DNA from: Minisyncoccota bacterium
Lineage (GTDB): Bacteria; Patescibacteriota; Minisyncoccia; UBA6257; 2-01-FULL-56-20
NCBI GenBank assembly: GCA_035506115.1
Contig: DATJQA010000029.1
Location: 1-27,133, forward strand
DNA length: 27,133 bases
Direction of reading: 5' to 3'
Positions 7,485-15,271 of the stretch are shown piece by piece (the stretch's first letter is position 1; every line of letters begins with the position of its first letter). Made by a program: the position numbers and the translations under genes. Below the pieces are notes generated by a model. That model worked only from the letters and a program-made list of their open reading frames with translations, had not been told where the DNA came from and ran no database searches.

Positions 7485-7556
7485 ACGGTATTCAGTATAC
7501 CCAAAGATGGGTAGGCGCCGGGAGCAACAGCTCTCGGCGCCTACGTCCTCGAAGGT

Positions 7557-7928
7557 TCAGGTGGCGGCTACGACGGTAGCCGACTTCATCGCCGCGTACC
7601 GCGCGAGGCGGGCCGCCGCGATGAGAGGCTCGCGGCGTCTCTCCGCTGGCAGACGACGACGCTGCTCGTCGCAGTAGCGCTGGAACTCCACGGCCGCCAT
7701 GAGTCGCCGCAGCTGAGCGGCCAGGCGCCTGTTCTCCCGCCAGGTCTTGAGCTTCGCCCGGACGATGATCGGTCGCACGGCGAGATACTGGTCGAGGCAC
7801 CGCTGGTTGTGGAAAGGCCTCTTCCGCCACTCGACGCGGTGCGGCTCGTACGCTGCGACCTTCTTGTGGCATCCAAGACACTCGCCAGCGACGTGCGAAA
7901 CGCCTGGTTTCGCGGCTTCTAATTGCAT
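7557..7928 (-). CDS. Hypothetical protein with CxxC...HxxxC motif and Arg-rich tail (123 aa)
   Basis: CLGC-x19-HNQRC; own predicted promoter at 7984-8011; overlapping alternative ORFs have low-complexity composition. Confidence 0.6.
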   Translation of the reverse strand: MQLEAAKPGVSHVAGECLGCHKKVAAYEPHRVEWRKRPFHNQRCLDQYLAVRPIIVRAKLKTWRENRRLAAQLRRLMAAVEFQRYCDEQRRRLPAERRREPLIAAARLARYAAMKSATVVAAT

Positions 7929-7983
7929 CCTAACCCCCAGGACTTAAAGGTACATCCGAGCGCAGTAGCCCGGATAAGATATT

Positions 7984-8011
7984 AGGATATCAAGAAAAGG
8001 CTGTGTGTCAA
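7984..8011 (-). promoter_or_regulatory. Predicted promoter of 7557..7928
   Basis: TTGACA (8011-8006), 16 bp, TGa-TATCCT (7989-7984). Confidence 0.55.
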
Positions 8012-8143
8012 TCCCTCACCCAACGAGGAGATGCATTCATCTGAAGCTGACGAATTCGCCGAAGTATCTTCGAGAGCTGGGTATTCGTCGGTTCGGCAAC
8101 CTTACGGAACGCAGGAATTCTAACTCTTCGTTGGGTGAGGGAT
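8011..8143 (+). ncRNA. Candidate structured RNA or small IR-bounded element, unassigned
   Basis: 20-bp terminal stem 8011-8030/8124-8143 (one G-U on +), inner 10-bp stem 8046-8055/8083-8092 (two G-U on +), hairpin CGAAG-TAT-CTTCG. Plus strand preferred from wobble pairs. Confidence 0.45.
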
Positions 8144-10662
8144 CAAGCGGCTGTTTCTATAAGATGACCGTAACGCCGCTCGAACCATCGCTTAACGAGC
8201 TCCACGGCAAGAAGATAGACACCCACGATCGCCCAAATGCTCAGGAGCGGCGCGAGCGGTAAACGCGCTAATCCGAAAAGATCTGCCAGCGGCGTGAACG
8301 GAAGAAGCCAGGCTGCCAGGACGGCGCCGAACGTTCCGAAGATAAGGAAAGGGTTCGGGAAGCTCCAGCCGCCGCCGAAACGCCGGATGACAAGAACGAC
8401 GAGCGTCTGAGTAGCGATGGATTCCAGGAACCAGGCGGTCTGGAAAGAAGCATTCACATAACGAAAACCAAAATACATGACGATGAAGGTCGTGACATCG
8501 AAAACCGAGCTGACCGGCCCGAAGGTCATCATGAAGCGTCGCAAGAACTGAAGGTTGAACTTCTTCGCCCGCCGAACGAACTCATCGCTCACGTTGTCCC
8601 AAGGAATGGTCAGTTGAGACGTATCATAAAGGAAGTTGTTCAAGATTATCTGGGCCGGTAGCATCGGCAGGAACGGCAGGAAAAGCGAGGCGATGGGTAA
8701 ACTGAACATGTTCCCGAAGTTCGACGAAAGAGCCATCATCAGATACTTGAAGATGTTCGCGAAGGTCCGCCGGCCCTCGACCACGCCTTCGATGAGCTCG
8801 CCGAGGTCGCCGCGCAAAAGGATGATGTCCGCTGTTTCTTTGGCGATCTGGGTCGCGTTATTGACCGAGATGCTCACATCGGCCGACTTCAAGGCCAGAA
8901 CATCGTTCACGCCGTCGCCCATGAAACCGACCACGTGGCCGTTCTCCCGAAGAGCCCGAACGATCTCTTGCTTCTGCTCTGGATTAACACGCGCGAAGAT
9001 GTTCGTCGTCGCTACTTTCTCCTTAAGTTTTTGATAGCCCATCGCGGCGATCTCATCACCGGAGAGAACGCCGTGGATCGGGAAACCGAGCTCGCGGGCG
9101 ACCATTTCGGTCACCAGATTGTTGTCTCCGGTGATGATCTTGATGTTCACGTTGTGCGCCATCATCTTCAAAATTGTCTGCTTGGCGCTCTTCTTCGGCG
9201 GGTCCATGAAAGCAAGATAGCCGAGGAAGGTCATCTCCGCTTCGTCGGCTTTCGTATATGCGCCGGTCCGCCGGTTGACGTTCTTGATAGCAACCCCGAG
9301 AACGCGGAAACCCTGAGCGCTCAGGTCCTCATACTCTTTTTTGATACGCACCAAGAGGTCGTCGGAAAGGCGCTCGGCTTTCTCCCCGTAGGTCTTGCAG
9401 TGCTTCAAGATCTCTTCCGGCGCACCCTTGCCGAGGAGTTTTATTTCGTTCCCTCGATGGACAACGACGGACTCCATCTTGCGTTCAAAGTCAAAAGGTA
9501 TCTCGTCCGCTTTCGTCCACTCTTCCGGCTTGAAGTCCTTGGCGTAGTCCCGGATAGCGTTATCGAGCGTCCGTCGGATGCCGCTCACGTAGTGCGCCGA
9601 AAGCGACCCCCAAAAGAGGACGTTCCGGCTTTCCGCCCCAAGGCCGTCGACATACTTGATGAGCGAGATGCGATCCTCGGTGAGCGTCCCGGTCTTGTCG
9701 GTACAGAAGATGTCGATGCTCCCGAAGTTATGGATAGCGCTGAGGTTCTTCACGATGACGCCGTTCTTCGACATCTTCTTCGCCCCGCGGGCCAGATTGG
9801 CCGTGACGATCATCGGCAGCATTTCCGGCGCGATGCCGACCGCAATGGCGACGGCGAAGAGGAACGTCTCGATGCCTAGGCTGCGCTTCAGAAGAATGTT
9901 CAAAAGCAGAATGGCCAGAACGAGCGAAAGCGTGACGCGGAAGATGAATAAGCTGAAATCCTTCAGGTTCTTCTCGAATTCCGAGACCGTCTCCGTTGCC
10001 TGCAAACGATTCGCGATCTGACCCATCTTCGTGTTCCGGCCGGTCACGACCGCCACCGCTGTCGCTTCTCCGGAAACCACGCTCGTTCCCATATAAAGAA
10101 TGTTCGCACCCTCGCCTTTCCCCTTTTCGACCGGCATTGATTCACCGGTAAGAGACGACTCGTTCACGAAGAGGTCACGTTCCTCTATGACCAAGCTGTC
10201 GGCCGGAATAAGGTCGCCGGCGACGACATTAAAAATATCTCCCGGAACTACATCGCGGACGCGCTTTTCTTTGAGCTTGCCGTCGCGCATGACGGCTACG
10301 GTCACTTTGACCTGCTCTTCAAGGTCCAGGACCGCTTGTTCGGACCTGTAAGTATTGAAAAAATCGACCATGGCGCTCACCAGGACCATCGCCATGATGA
10401 TGTAGGCCTCGAAACGGGAATCTAAGAAGAACGAAACGGCGGAAGCGGCGATGAGCATCAAGAGCACCGGACTCTTGAACTTCGAAAGAAGAATAAGAAA
10501 AGGCCGAATGTGCTTCTTGGCCGCATATTCGTTCGGTCCGTATTCGGAAAAACGGCGGTAGGCCTCGACCTCGGTCAGGCCGTTCTCCTGGGAGTTCAGA
10601 GCGGCCAAGATCTCGACCGGCACGTGGGCGGCGTATTTTTTCAAATCCTCTTCCGTAAGCAT
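8143..10662 (-). CDS. mgtA: Magnesium-translocating P-type ATPase (839 aa)
   Basis: LTGES, APEMLPM, FCTDKTGTLT (phosphorylated Asp), KGAPEE, MDPPK, GDGVND, SSNFGNMFS, LNNFLYD. Confidence 0.93.
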   Translation of the reverse strand: MLTEEDLKKYAAHVPVEILAALNSQENGLTEVEAYRRFSEYGPNEYAAKKHIRPFLILLSKFKSPVLLMLIAASAVSFFLDSRFEAYIIMAMVLVSAMVDFFNTYRSEQAVLDLEEQVKVTVAVMRDGKLKEKRVRDVVPGDIFNVVAGDLIPADSLVIEERDLFVNESSLTGESMPVEKGKGEGANILYMGTSVVSGEATAVAVVTGRNTKMGQIANRLQATETVSEFEKNLKDFSLFIFRVTLSLVLAILLLNILLKRSLGIETFLFAVAIAVGIAPEMLPMIVTANLARGAKKMSKNGVIVKNLSAIHNFGSIDIFCTDKTGTLTEDRISLIKYVDGLGAESRNVLFWGSLSAHYVSGIRRTLDNAIRDYAKDFKPEEWTKADEIPFDFERKMESVVVHRGNEIKLLGKGAPEEILKHCKTYGEKAERLSDDLLVRIKKEYEDLSAQGFRVLGVAIKNVNRRTGAYTKADEAEMTFLGYLAFMDPPKKSAKQTILKMMAHNVNIKIITGDNNLVTEMVARELGFPIHGVLSGDEIAAMGYQKLKEKVATTNIFARVNPEQKQEIVRALRENGHVVGFMGDGVNDVLALKSADVSISVNNATQIAKETADIILLRGDLGELIEGVVEGRRTFANIFKYLMMALSSNFGNMFSLPIASLFLPFLPMLPAQIILNNFLYDTSQLTIPWDNVSDEFVRRAKKFNLQFLRRFMMTFGPVSSVFDVTTFIVMYFGFRYVNASFQTAWFLESIATQTLVVLVIRRFGGGWSFPNPFLIFGTFGAVLAAWLLPFTPLADLFGLARLPLAPLLSIWAIVGVYLLAVELVKRWFERRYGHLIETAA

Positions 10663-10669
10663 CCCGTAT

Positions 10670-10698
10670 ATTATCTCGCATCCGAATGCTTATCTCAA
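10670..10698 (-). promoter_or_regulatory. Predicted promoter of mgtA
   Basis: TTGAGA (10698-10693), 17 bp, GATAAT (10675-10670), 7 nt, ATG. Confidence 0.55.
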
Positions 10699-10717
10699 TC
10701 TTTGGTTATAAAGATAT

Positions 10718-10748
10718 GAAAAACCCGACGGGGCGGCGTCGGGTCTTT
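10718..10748 (-). terminator. Intrinsic terminator downstream of rnpB
   Basis: Stem ACCCGACG/CGTCGGGT (10723-10730, 10737-10744) followed by a T-run on the minus strand. Confidence 0.75.
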
Positions 10749-10824
10749 CGTCTCTTGTCGTCCCGACGGAATAGTCGGGGCTCAGATTTTACGACGCGCG
10801 CTTTGCGCGCGGGTAAAACCTATC

Positions 10825-11175
10825 GCTGGTGGTCCGTAAGCCGGATTCTGTTTCCGTCTTGCGACGAAATGCGGCAATTTCTCTAGGCCCTCGATCGCTC
10901 TCGGGCTCGAGCGGGCACTTCCCTCACTTGCGTTCGGGACACGACCCTTGCACCCAGTAAGGATTTGGCCGTTTCACCTCCGCGTTACCGCGGAGCTCCT
11001 CCGACTTGCGCCGGAGGCCTAGGCCTTTCGGCTTCGGCGTCTCTGCTCGCACCTCTATCCTTACGGACGACGGTTGTTAACCGCTACTTTTTTATCCGAC
11101 AACTTGCGCCATCGGATGGTGTCCGGACTTTCCTCACTTCAGCTTGCGCTGAAGCGTAGCCGCTGGACGACCAGC
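10825..11175 (-). ncRNA. rnpB: RNase P RNA (about 351 nt)
   Basis: P1 GCTGGTCGTCC/GGACCACCAGC; conserved GAGGAAAGTCCGGAC, GTGAAACGG, GTGCAAG, AACAGAATCCGGCTTAC; many GNRA-capped hairpins. Confidence 0.96.
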
Positions 11176-11181
11176 AGGCAT

Positions 11182-11209
11182 ATCCTACTAGATAAGCGGC
11201 ACCTGTCAA
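11182..11209 (-). promoter_or_regulatory. rnpB promoter
   Basis: TTGACA (11209-11204), 16 bp, TAGGAT (11187-11182), 6 nt before P1. Confidence 0.75.
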
Positions 11210-11213
11210 ATGT

Positions 11214-11828
11214 TTAATGAAATCCAAGGTCGGCCGGATTGTAGGCGCCGGGAACATGTTTCACGTGACCACCTTCGGCTTCGAACGCTTTCCGGGCAGC
11301 TGTCACTTCTTTGGCAAGCGCCACCGTCTTCGGCGGCAGATCTTTGGCTCGCATCACCCCTTTCGACCAGTAATCAAGGACCAGGCGACTATCGCCGAAG
11401 ATTATCTTGACCCGGATCTTTTCGGCGATGGCGAGCGCATACTTGCAGGCCAGAAGTTCGCCGTAATTGTTCGTTATCCCGCCGGCGAGACGTTCTTTCC
11501 CGAACTTATTGAGTCGGTTCTTCGGCAGCACGAGCGCGAGCAGATCTCGGCCCATCTCATCCGTTACGCTCACTTCCACGCCATGACCTCGGCCCGTCCC
11601 GGCGTCGAAATAGACGCCTGGTTGATGTTTTGGCCGCGGCAACTTCGGCTTCTCTTCATAGCGCGCACCGTCGGCAAGCCACGAGACGGCCTCGGCCCGC
11701 TCGTTGAAGCCGCGGTAGCGGGCCCCGGCTACGCCGGAAACTTTTTTTTCGCAAGCTGACCAATGCGTCACAACGCTCTGCTCTCCGTCCGGTAAATGGT
11801 AAGCGTAGTATTTCTTCTTAGTGCTCAT
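11214..11828 (-). CDS. rnhA: Ribonuclease HI with N-terminal viroplasmin-like hybrid-binding domain (204 aa)
   Basis: KKYYAY...WSACEKKVSGVAGARYRGF...EAVSWL, then YFDAG, TNNYGELLA, IFGDS, NPADLG (D-E-D-D). Confidence 0.85.
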   Translation of the reverse strand: MSTKKKYYAYHLPDGEQSVVTHWSACEKKVSGVAGARYRGFNERAEAVSWLADGARYEEKPKLPRPKHQPGVYFDAGTGRGHGVEVSVTDEMGRDLLALVLPKNRLNKFGKERLAGGITNNYGELLACKYALAIAEKIRVKIIFGDSRLVLDYWSKGVMRAKDLPPKTVALAKEVTAARKAFEAEGGHVKHVPGAYNPADLGFH

Positions 11829-11843
11829 ATAAGAGCATCGATA

Positions 11844-12719
11844 TTATTTATCTTCTTCCGATAATACTGTCCACGGCAGTTTTGAGTCCCTCGGAATAGA
11901 GAATCCTGAAGAATCTCTGTGCCCGCCGCCGCCGAACTGGCTGGCTAATTGTGCAACATTCACTCCCCCGTTCGAACGAAGCGAGACCTTGATGGTCTTT
12001 CGTCGCTGTTTCCAAACAATGGCCATCGGCGGATGAGCCCTAAGAAGTTTGTCGCCGATCATATCGGTCAGATTGTGAGAATTATAGTTCGGGGCGTTCA
12101 CCGCATAGGTCACGATGCCCTTGAAGCGGACGCGTTCGGCCGATTCTCTTATGAGCTCTTCGCAAAGCTTATCCTGATAAGCCAGGACCGTTTCGCCCTT
12201 CTCGATGAGCTTTTTCCTTTTTGCCGGATTCTCGAAATCTTTTATCAGTCCGCTCCAGGTCCGGAAATCCATATCTTGTGTTTCAAGAAAAGCGCGGGCG
12301 GCTTTCGTGTGCGGCAACCTGAATTTCCAAAGATCGATATCTTCGATGTGACGCAAAAGGCGCGGCACCGGTTTCTTCGGGAAAAAATATTGCCAGGCCA
12401 GGACACAACCGGAATGTTCAGTGTCGTACCGGTACTCGTGTGCCATCTTCACGGCTTCTTCGTGGGATTCGTGATGCTCCAAGCTCACGATATGATTCCC
12501 GTTCCGAAGCAATTTTCGGATGACCGGCGCGTCGTAACAAAAATCGATGAAATAAATTTTCTTGCCGTGCAGGTGGGTCATCGGCACCTCGGTATGCGAA
12601 CCGCCGTGATAAAAGGCCGAAGCGCCGAATTTTTTCCACGCCGCCCAGGCCCCACCGAAACCATCGGTGCAGCCGCCGTCATAGATAACGATTATCTTTT
12701 TATCTGATGCCGCCTTCAT
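11844..12719 (-). CDS. DHH/DHHA1 family phosphoesterase (291 aa)
   Basis: YDGGCTDG, FIDF, LEHH, IEDIDLW, GGGGHRDSSGF; start moved to ATG 12719, which overlaps the pgk stop (ATGA). Confidence 0.85.
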   Translation of the reverse strand: MKAASDKKIIVIYDGGCTDGFGGAWAAWKKFGASAFYHGGSHTEVPMTHLHGKKIYFIDFCYDAPVIRKLLRNGNHIVSLEHHESHEEAVKMAHEYRYDTEHSGCVLAWQYFFPKKPVPRLLRHIEDIDLWKFRLPHTKAARAFLETQDMDFRTWSGLIKDFENPAKRKKLIEKGETVLAYQDKLCEELIRESAERVRFKGIVTYAVNAPNYNSHNLTDMIGDKLLRAHPPMAIVWKQRRKTIKVSLRSNGGVNVAQLASQFGGGGHRDSSGFSIPRDSKLPWTVLSEEDK

Positions 12720-13846
12720 TTCTTCCGTAAAGCCTCGATACCCGGCAACTTCTCGCCGGCCAAGAATTCTAGCATAGCCCCGCCGCCTGTCGAGATGAAC
12801 GAGAATTTTTTGTCCAGCTTGTGCTTCTTGAGGAACATGACCGTCTCGCCGCCGCCCGTCACGGAAAAAGCCCGTCGATTCGCCGTGATGGCTTTGGCAA
12901 TCGCCAGATTCCCATGCGCGAAAGCTTTTTTCTCGAAATAACCCATCGGCCCGCTCCACAATATCGTCCCCGCTTTTTTTATGATGTCAGCGTAAAACTT
13001 CTCCGTTCTCGGCCCAATATCCAGAACGACGCCTTTTCCGTCTCGTCGCTCATCCATCGGCGAAATGACCTTCTTCAAGGCTGCGAGTCGGGCGAGCATC
13101 GCGTGGTCCTTGGGATCAGCATCGAACTTGGAGCCCGCCACGTTCACGCCGCGCAGGCCCAGAATGGTGTTCGCCGACGCCCCGCCGAGCAGCATGCTAT
13201 CGGCCCGCTTCTCGAAGAAATGCAGGATGCCGAGCTTATCCTCGGCTTTCGCTCCGCCCACGACCAGCACGAACGGTCGCCTCGGCCTCTTCATCACGCC
13301 GCCGAGGTTCTCTATCTCCTTTTCTAGGCCAAGACCGACGTAGCTCGGAAGATATTTTGTGACGGCCACGACCGAAGCGGCGGCCCGGTGACAGACCGCA
13401 AAAGCTTCGTTCACGTAGTAATCGCCGAGCGCGGCAAGTTCTTTGGCGAAGACCGGATCGTTCTTTCCTTCGCCCGGCAGGAAACGGAGATTCTCGATAA
13501 GGAAGATGCTCCCCCGAGGCGCCGTCGCCGCGAGCGCCTTTATCTCGGCGAAGCGGAAATGGGGAACGAACGTGACCGGCTTCTTAAGCCAACGCGTGAG
13601 CGCCTTTGCGTCCTTCTCGAGCGAAAGTTTCTGGTCGAAATCCTGCGGCACGCCGTCCACTACCTTGATATTCTCCGGTCGGCCGCGGTGGCTTACGATA
13701 ATGACCGCCTGGGCAGACTTCTCCAGTAATTTCACGGTCGGCAGAGCCGCGACCATCCGCCATTCGTCTTCGGTATTAAAATCGAGCCGGACAAGGGCTC
13801 GACCTTTTAATTTATTCTTGGAAGCAGCGCGAAGATATTTCATCAT
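12716..13846 (-). CDS. pgk: Phosphoglycerate kinase (about 376 aa)
   Basis: VRLDFN, SHRGRP, IENLRF, VNEAFAVCHR, VGGAK, STGGGAMLEFL; start at ATG 13846 or 13843. Confidence 0.93.
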   Translation of the reverse strand: MMKYLRAASKNKLKGRALVRLDFNTEDEWRMVAALPTVKLLEKSAQAVIIVSHRGRPENIKVVDGVPQDFDQKLSLEKDAKALTRWLKKPVTFVPHFRFAEIKALAATAPRGSIFLIENLRFLPGEGKNDPVFAKELAALGDYYVNEAFAVCHRAAASVVAVTKYLPSYVGLGLEKEIENLGGVMKRPRRPFVLVVGGAKAEDKLGILHFFEKRADSMLLGGASANTILGLRGVNVAGSKFDADPKDHAMLARLAALKKVISPMDERRDGKGVVLDIGPRTEKFYADIIKKAGTILWSGPMGYFEKKAFAHGNLAIAKAITANRRAFSVTGGGETVMFLKKHKLDKKFSFISTGGGAMLEFLAGEKLPGIEALRKK

Positions 13847-13855
13847 GACTTTTTC

Positions 13856-13885
13856 ATTATAATTCAGGGCCGCTATCCTTGTCAC
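13856..13885 (-). promoter_or_regulatory. Predicted promoter of pgk-DHH-rnhA
   Basis: GTGACA (13885-13880), 18 bp, TATAAT (13861-13856), 9 nt, ATG. Confidence 0.6.
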
Positions 13886-13903
13886 CGTTCATAAATATGA
13901 CAA

Positions 13904-13934
13904 GGCCGGAACACGCACGCGGCGTGCTCCGGCC
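13904..13934 (-). terminator. Terminator-like hairpin closing the orphan operon
   Basis: GGCCGGAGCACGC/GCGTGTTCCGGCC, 13 bp with one G-U on the minus strand; weak U-tract. Confidence 0.6.
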
Positions 13935-13951
13935 CATGTCGCCCTCGGCGG

Positions 13952-14260
13952 TCAGTACGGACCGCGCGGAGCAAGGTAAAGCGGGTGTCCCGGCAGGACC
14001 ACGACGACGTGGTACGACGCATGGTACAGACCGAGCTCCCGACTGACGATCTCTTCCAGCTTGTCGAGCGGAAACTCGAGCGGCAGAACGACGGTCTTCG
14101 GTTCCAGGGGATGACGAAAAGCCGTCACCACGCCCGGCAGAACAGTGTTCAGTCTGCCCACCTCGCCGGCCGTCCACTCGCCCAGCTCGCGGATGATGAG
14201 CGTCCGCTGAACGGTCCGGGGTTCCGTCGATCCCGAGACCCGGCGTTGAAAAAGACTCAT
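13952..14260 (-). CDS. Hypothetical protein (102 aa), probable paralogue of 14257..14565
   Basis: ATGA overlap with the upstream gene; globular composition; shared motif pattern. Confidence 0.7.
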   Translation of the reverse strand: MSLFQRRVSGSTEPRTVQRTLIIRELGEWTAGEVGRLNTVLPGVVTAFRHPLEPKTVVLPLEFPLDKLEEIVSRELGLYHASYHVVVVLPGHPLYLAPRGPY

Positions 14261-14565
14261 TGCTCGTCACTTCCTCCCCAGCCGCCCTTAAGGCTTTCGA
14301 CCTCATCGGCCGTCGCCAACCGGACGCTAAATCTGCTGGTTTTAAGACAAAGAGCGTTCTCCAGGTGTTCCCCGATGAACGCCCCCTTGAGAAGCAAAGC
14401 TTTTCCGGACCGCTTCGGATGGATCCTGGCCCGAACGCCAGCAGCGGACAAGCGACCGATGAAGATGAGCATCGAGTCTATGTTCGGCCGCTCATCCGGT
14501 CTGAGCCGGAACTCGACGACCGTCCAAATTTGAGACCCAAGCGCGTCCGGTTCGCCAGGCGCCAT
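14257..14565 (-). CDS. Hypothetical protein (102 aa)
   Basis: AAAGGAGGTGA SD (14581-14571), GGAGG 8 nt before ATG 14565. Confidence 0.72.
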   Translation of the reverse strand: MAPGEPDALGSQIWTVVEFRLRPDERPNIDSMLIFIGRLSAAGVRARIHPKRSGKALLLKGAFIGEHLENALCLKTSRFSVRLATADEVESLKGGWGGSDEQ

Positions 14566-14593
14566 CTCTATCACCTCCTTTCTCTTAAGTTTC

Positions 14594-15271
14594 CTATTTC
14601 TTGAAGCACGGGCCGAAACGCTCCGGGTCGGCCGACCGTTCGAGCTTGCGCTCGCAATCGAAGCCGTCGCCGACCGTGAGGCCGAAATGACCGCGGTCCA
14701 GAGCTCGGCCGGACGGCTGCCGCAGCGCCAGGATGTTCGGCGTTCCGGGATCGCGGCGGCAAACGACGCCGCGATAGAAAGGGTTGCCGAGCACCTTCTT
14801 GAACGTAAGTTCGTCCGTCCACGGCTGAGGCGGCTTCCGAGTGCTCGTGATGGTGAAGACGCTCCACGTCTCGACCGGCGTTCTGCCCCAACGCTTCAAA
14901 CGCGCGGCGCTTCGCTTCCGCTTCAGGTCCCTCATGTCAACCGAACCGTCGGGATTCTTGCGAACACCGTAGACGATGTCATGGTCGTAGCGGGCGCGAA
15001 CCCACCACGGCACCCGGTTCTTCGGCAGGATACTGGGGATCAGAATGAAGCGCGGATTTTCCCGGTCGAATGGGAGACCGAGCCCGGAGCGACGCTCGTT
15101 GACAAGGGCGTGGCTCTGCCTGATGTGCTCGATGACCGCTTGGTGCTCCAGGCGGGTCCGCACCCCAAGCCGGGTCCTCTTCTTGTCGACGTAGACCTTG
15201 CGTTCGAGGACGGTCAGAACCGGAAAGATGTCGAGGCGCGGTTCCGACCGGACGATCTTGATCGTCGTCAT
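14594..15271 (-). CDS. Basic hypothetical protein (225 aa)
   Basis: GAGGTGA SD, GAGG 6 nt before ATG; possible promoter TAGACA-17-TAAAAA at 15365-15337. Confidence 0.75.
   Translation of the reverse strand: MTTIKIVRSEPRLDIFPVLTVLERKVYVDKKRTRLGVRTRLEHQAVIEHIRQSHALVNERRSGLGLPFDRENPRFILIPSILPKNRVPWWVRARYDHDIVYGVRKNPDGSVDMRDLKRKRSAARLKRWGRTPVETWSVFTITSTRKPPQPWTDELTFKKVLGNPFYRGVVCRRDPGTPNILALRQPSGRALDRGHFGLTVGDGFDCERKLERSADPERFGPCFKK

Noticed and set aside
8090-8116. SRP (4.5S) RNA helix 8
   Set aside because: GGAACGCAG resembles GGAAGCAG, but the loop on that strand is UUAC rather than GNRA and the CAGG strand is missing.
8018-8136. Integron attC site (ACCCAAC ... GTTGGGT fit RYYYAAC/GTTRRRY)
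   Set aside because: Pairing continues 7 bp beyond the R boxes, no clear L boxes or extrahelical bases, single copy, no integrase in the window.
12720-12959. N-terminal extensions in the ORF track for DHH (also NUDIX 3855, pgk 13885, mreC 25536, GT 18202, 14574)
   Set aside because: They overlap neighbouring genes or promoter boxes; downstream ATGs fit the family N-termini and the local -10 or SD spacing better.
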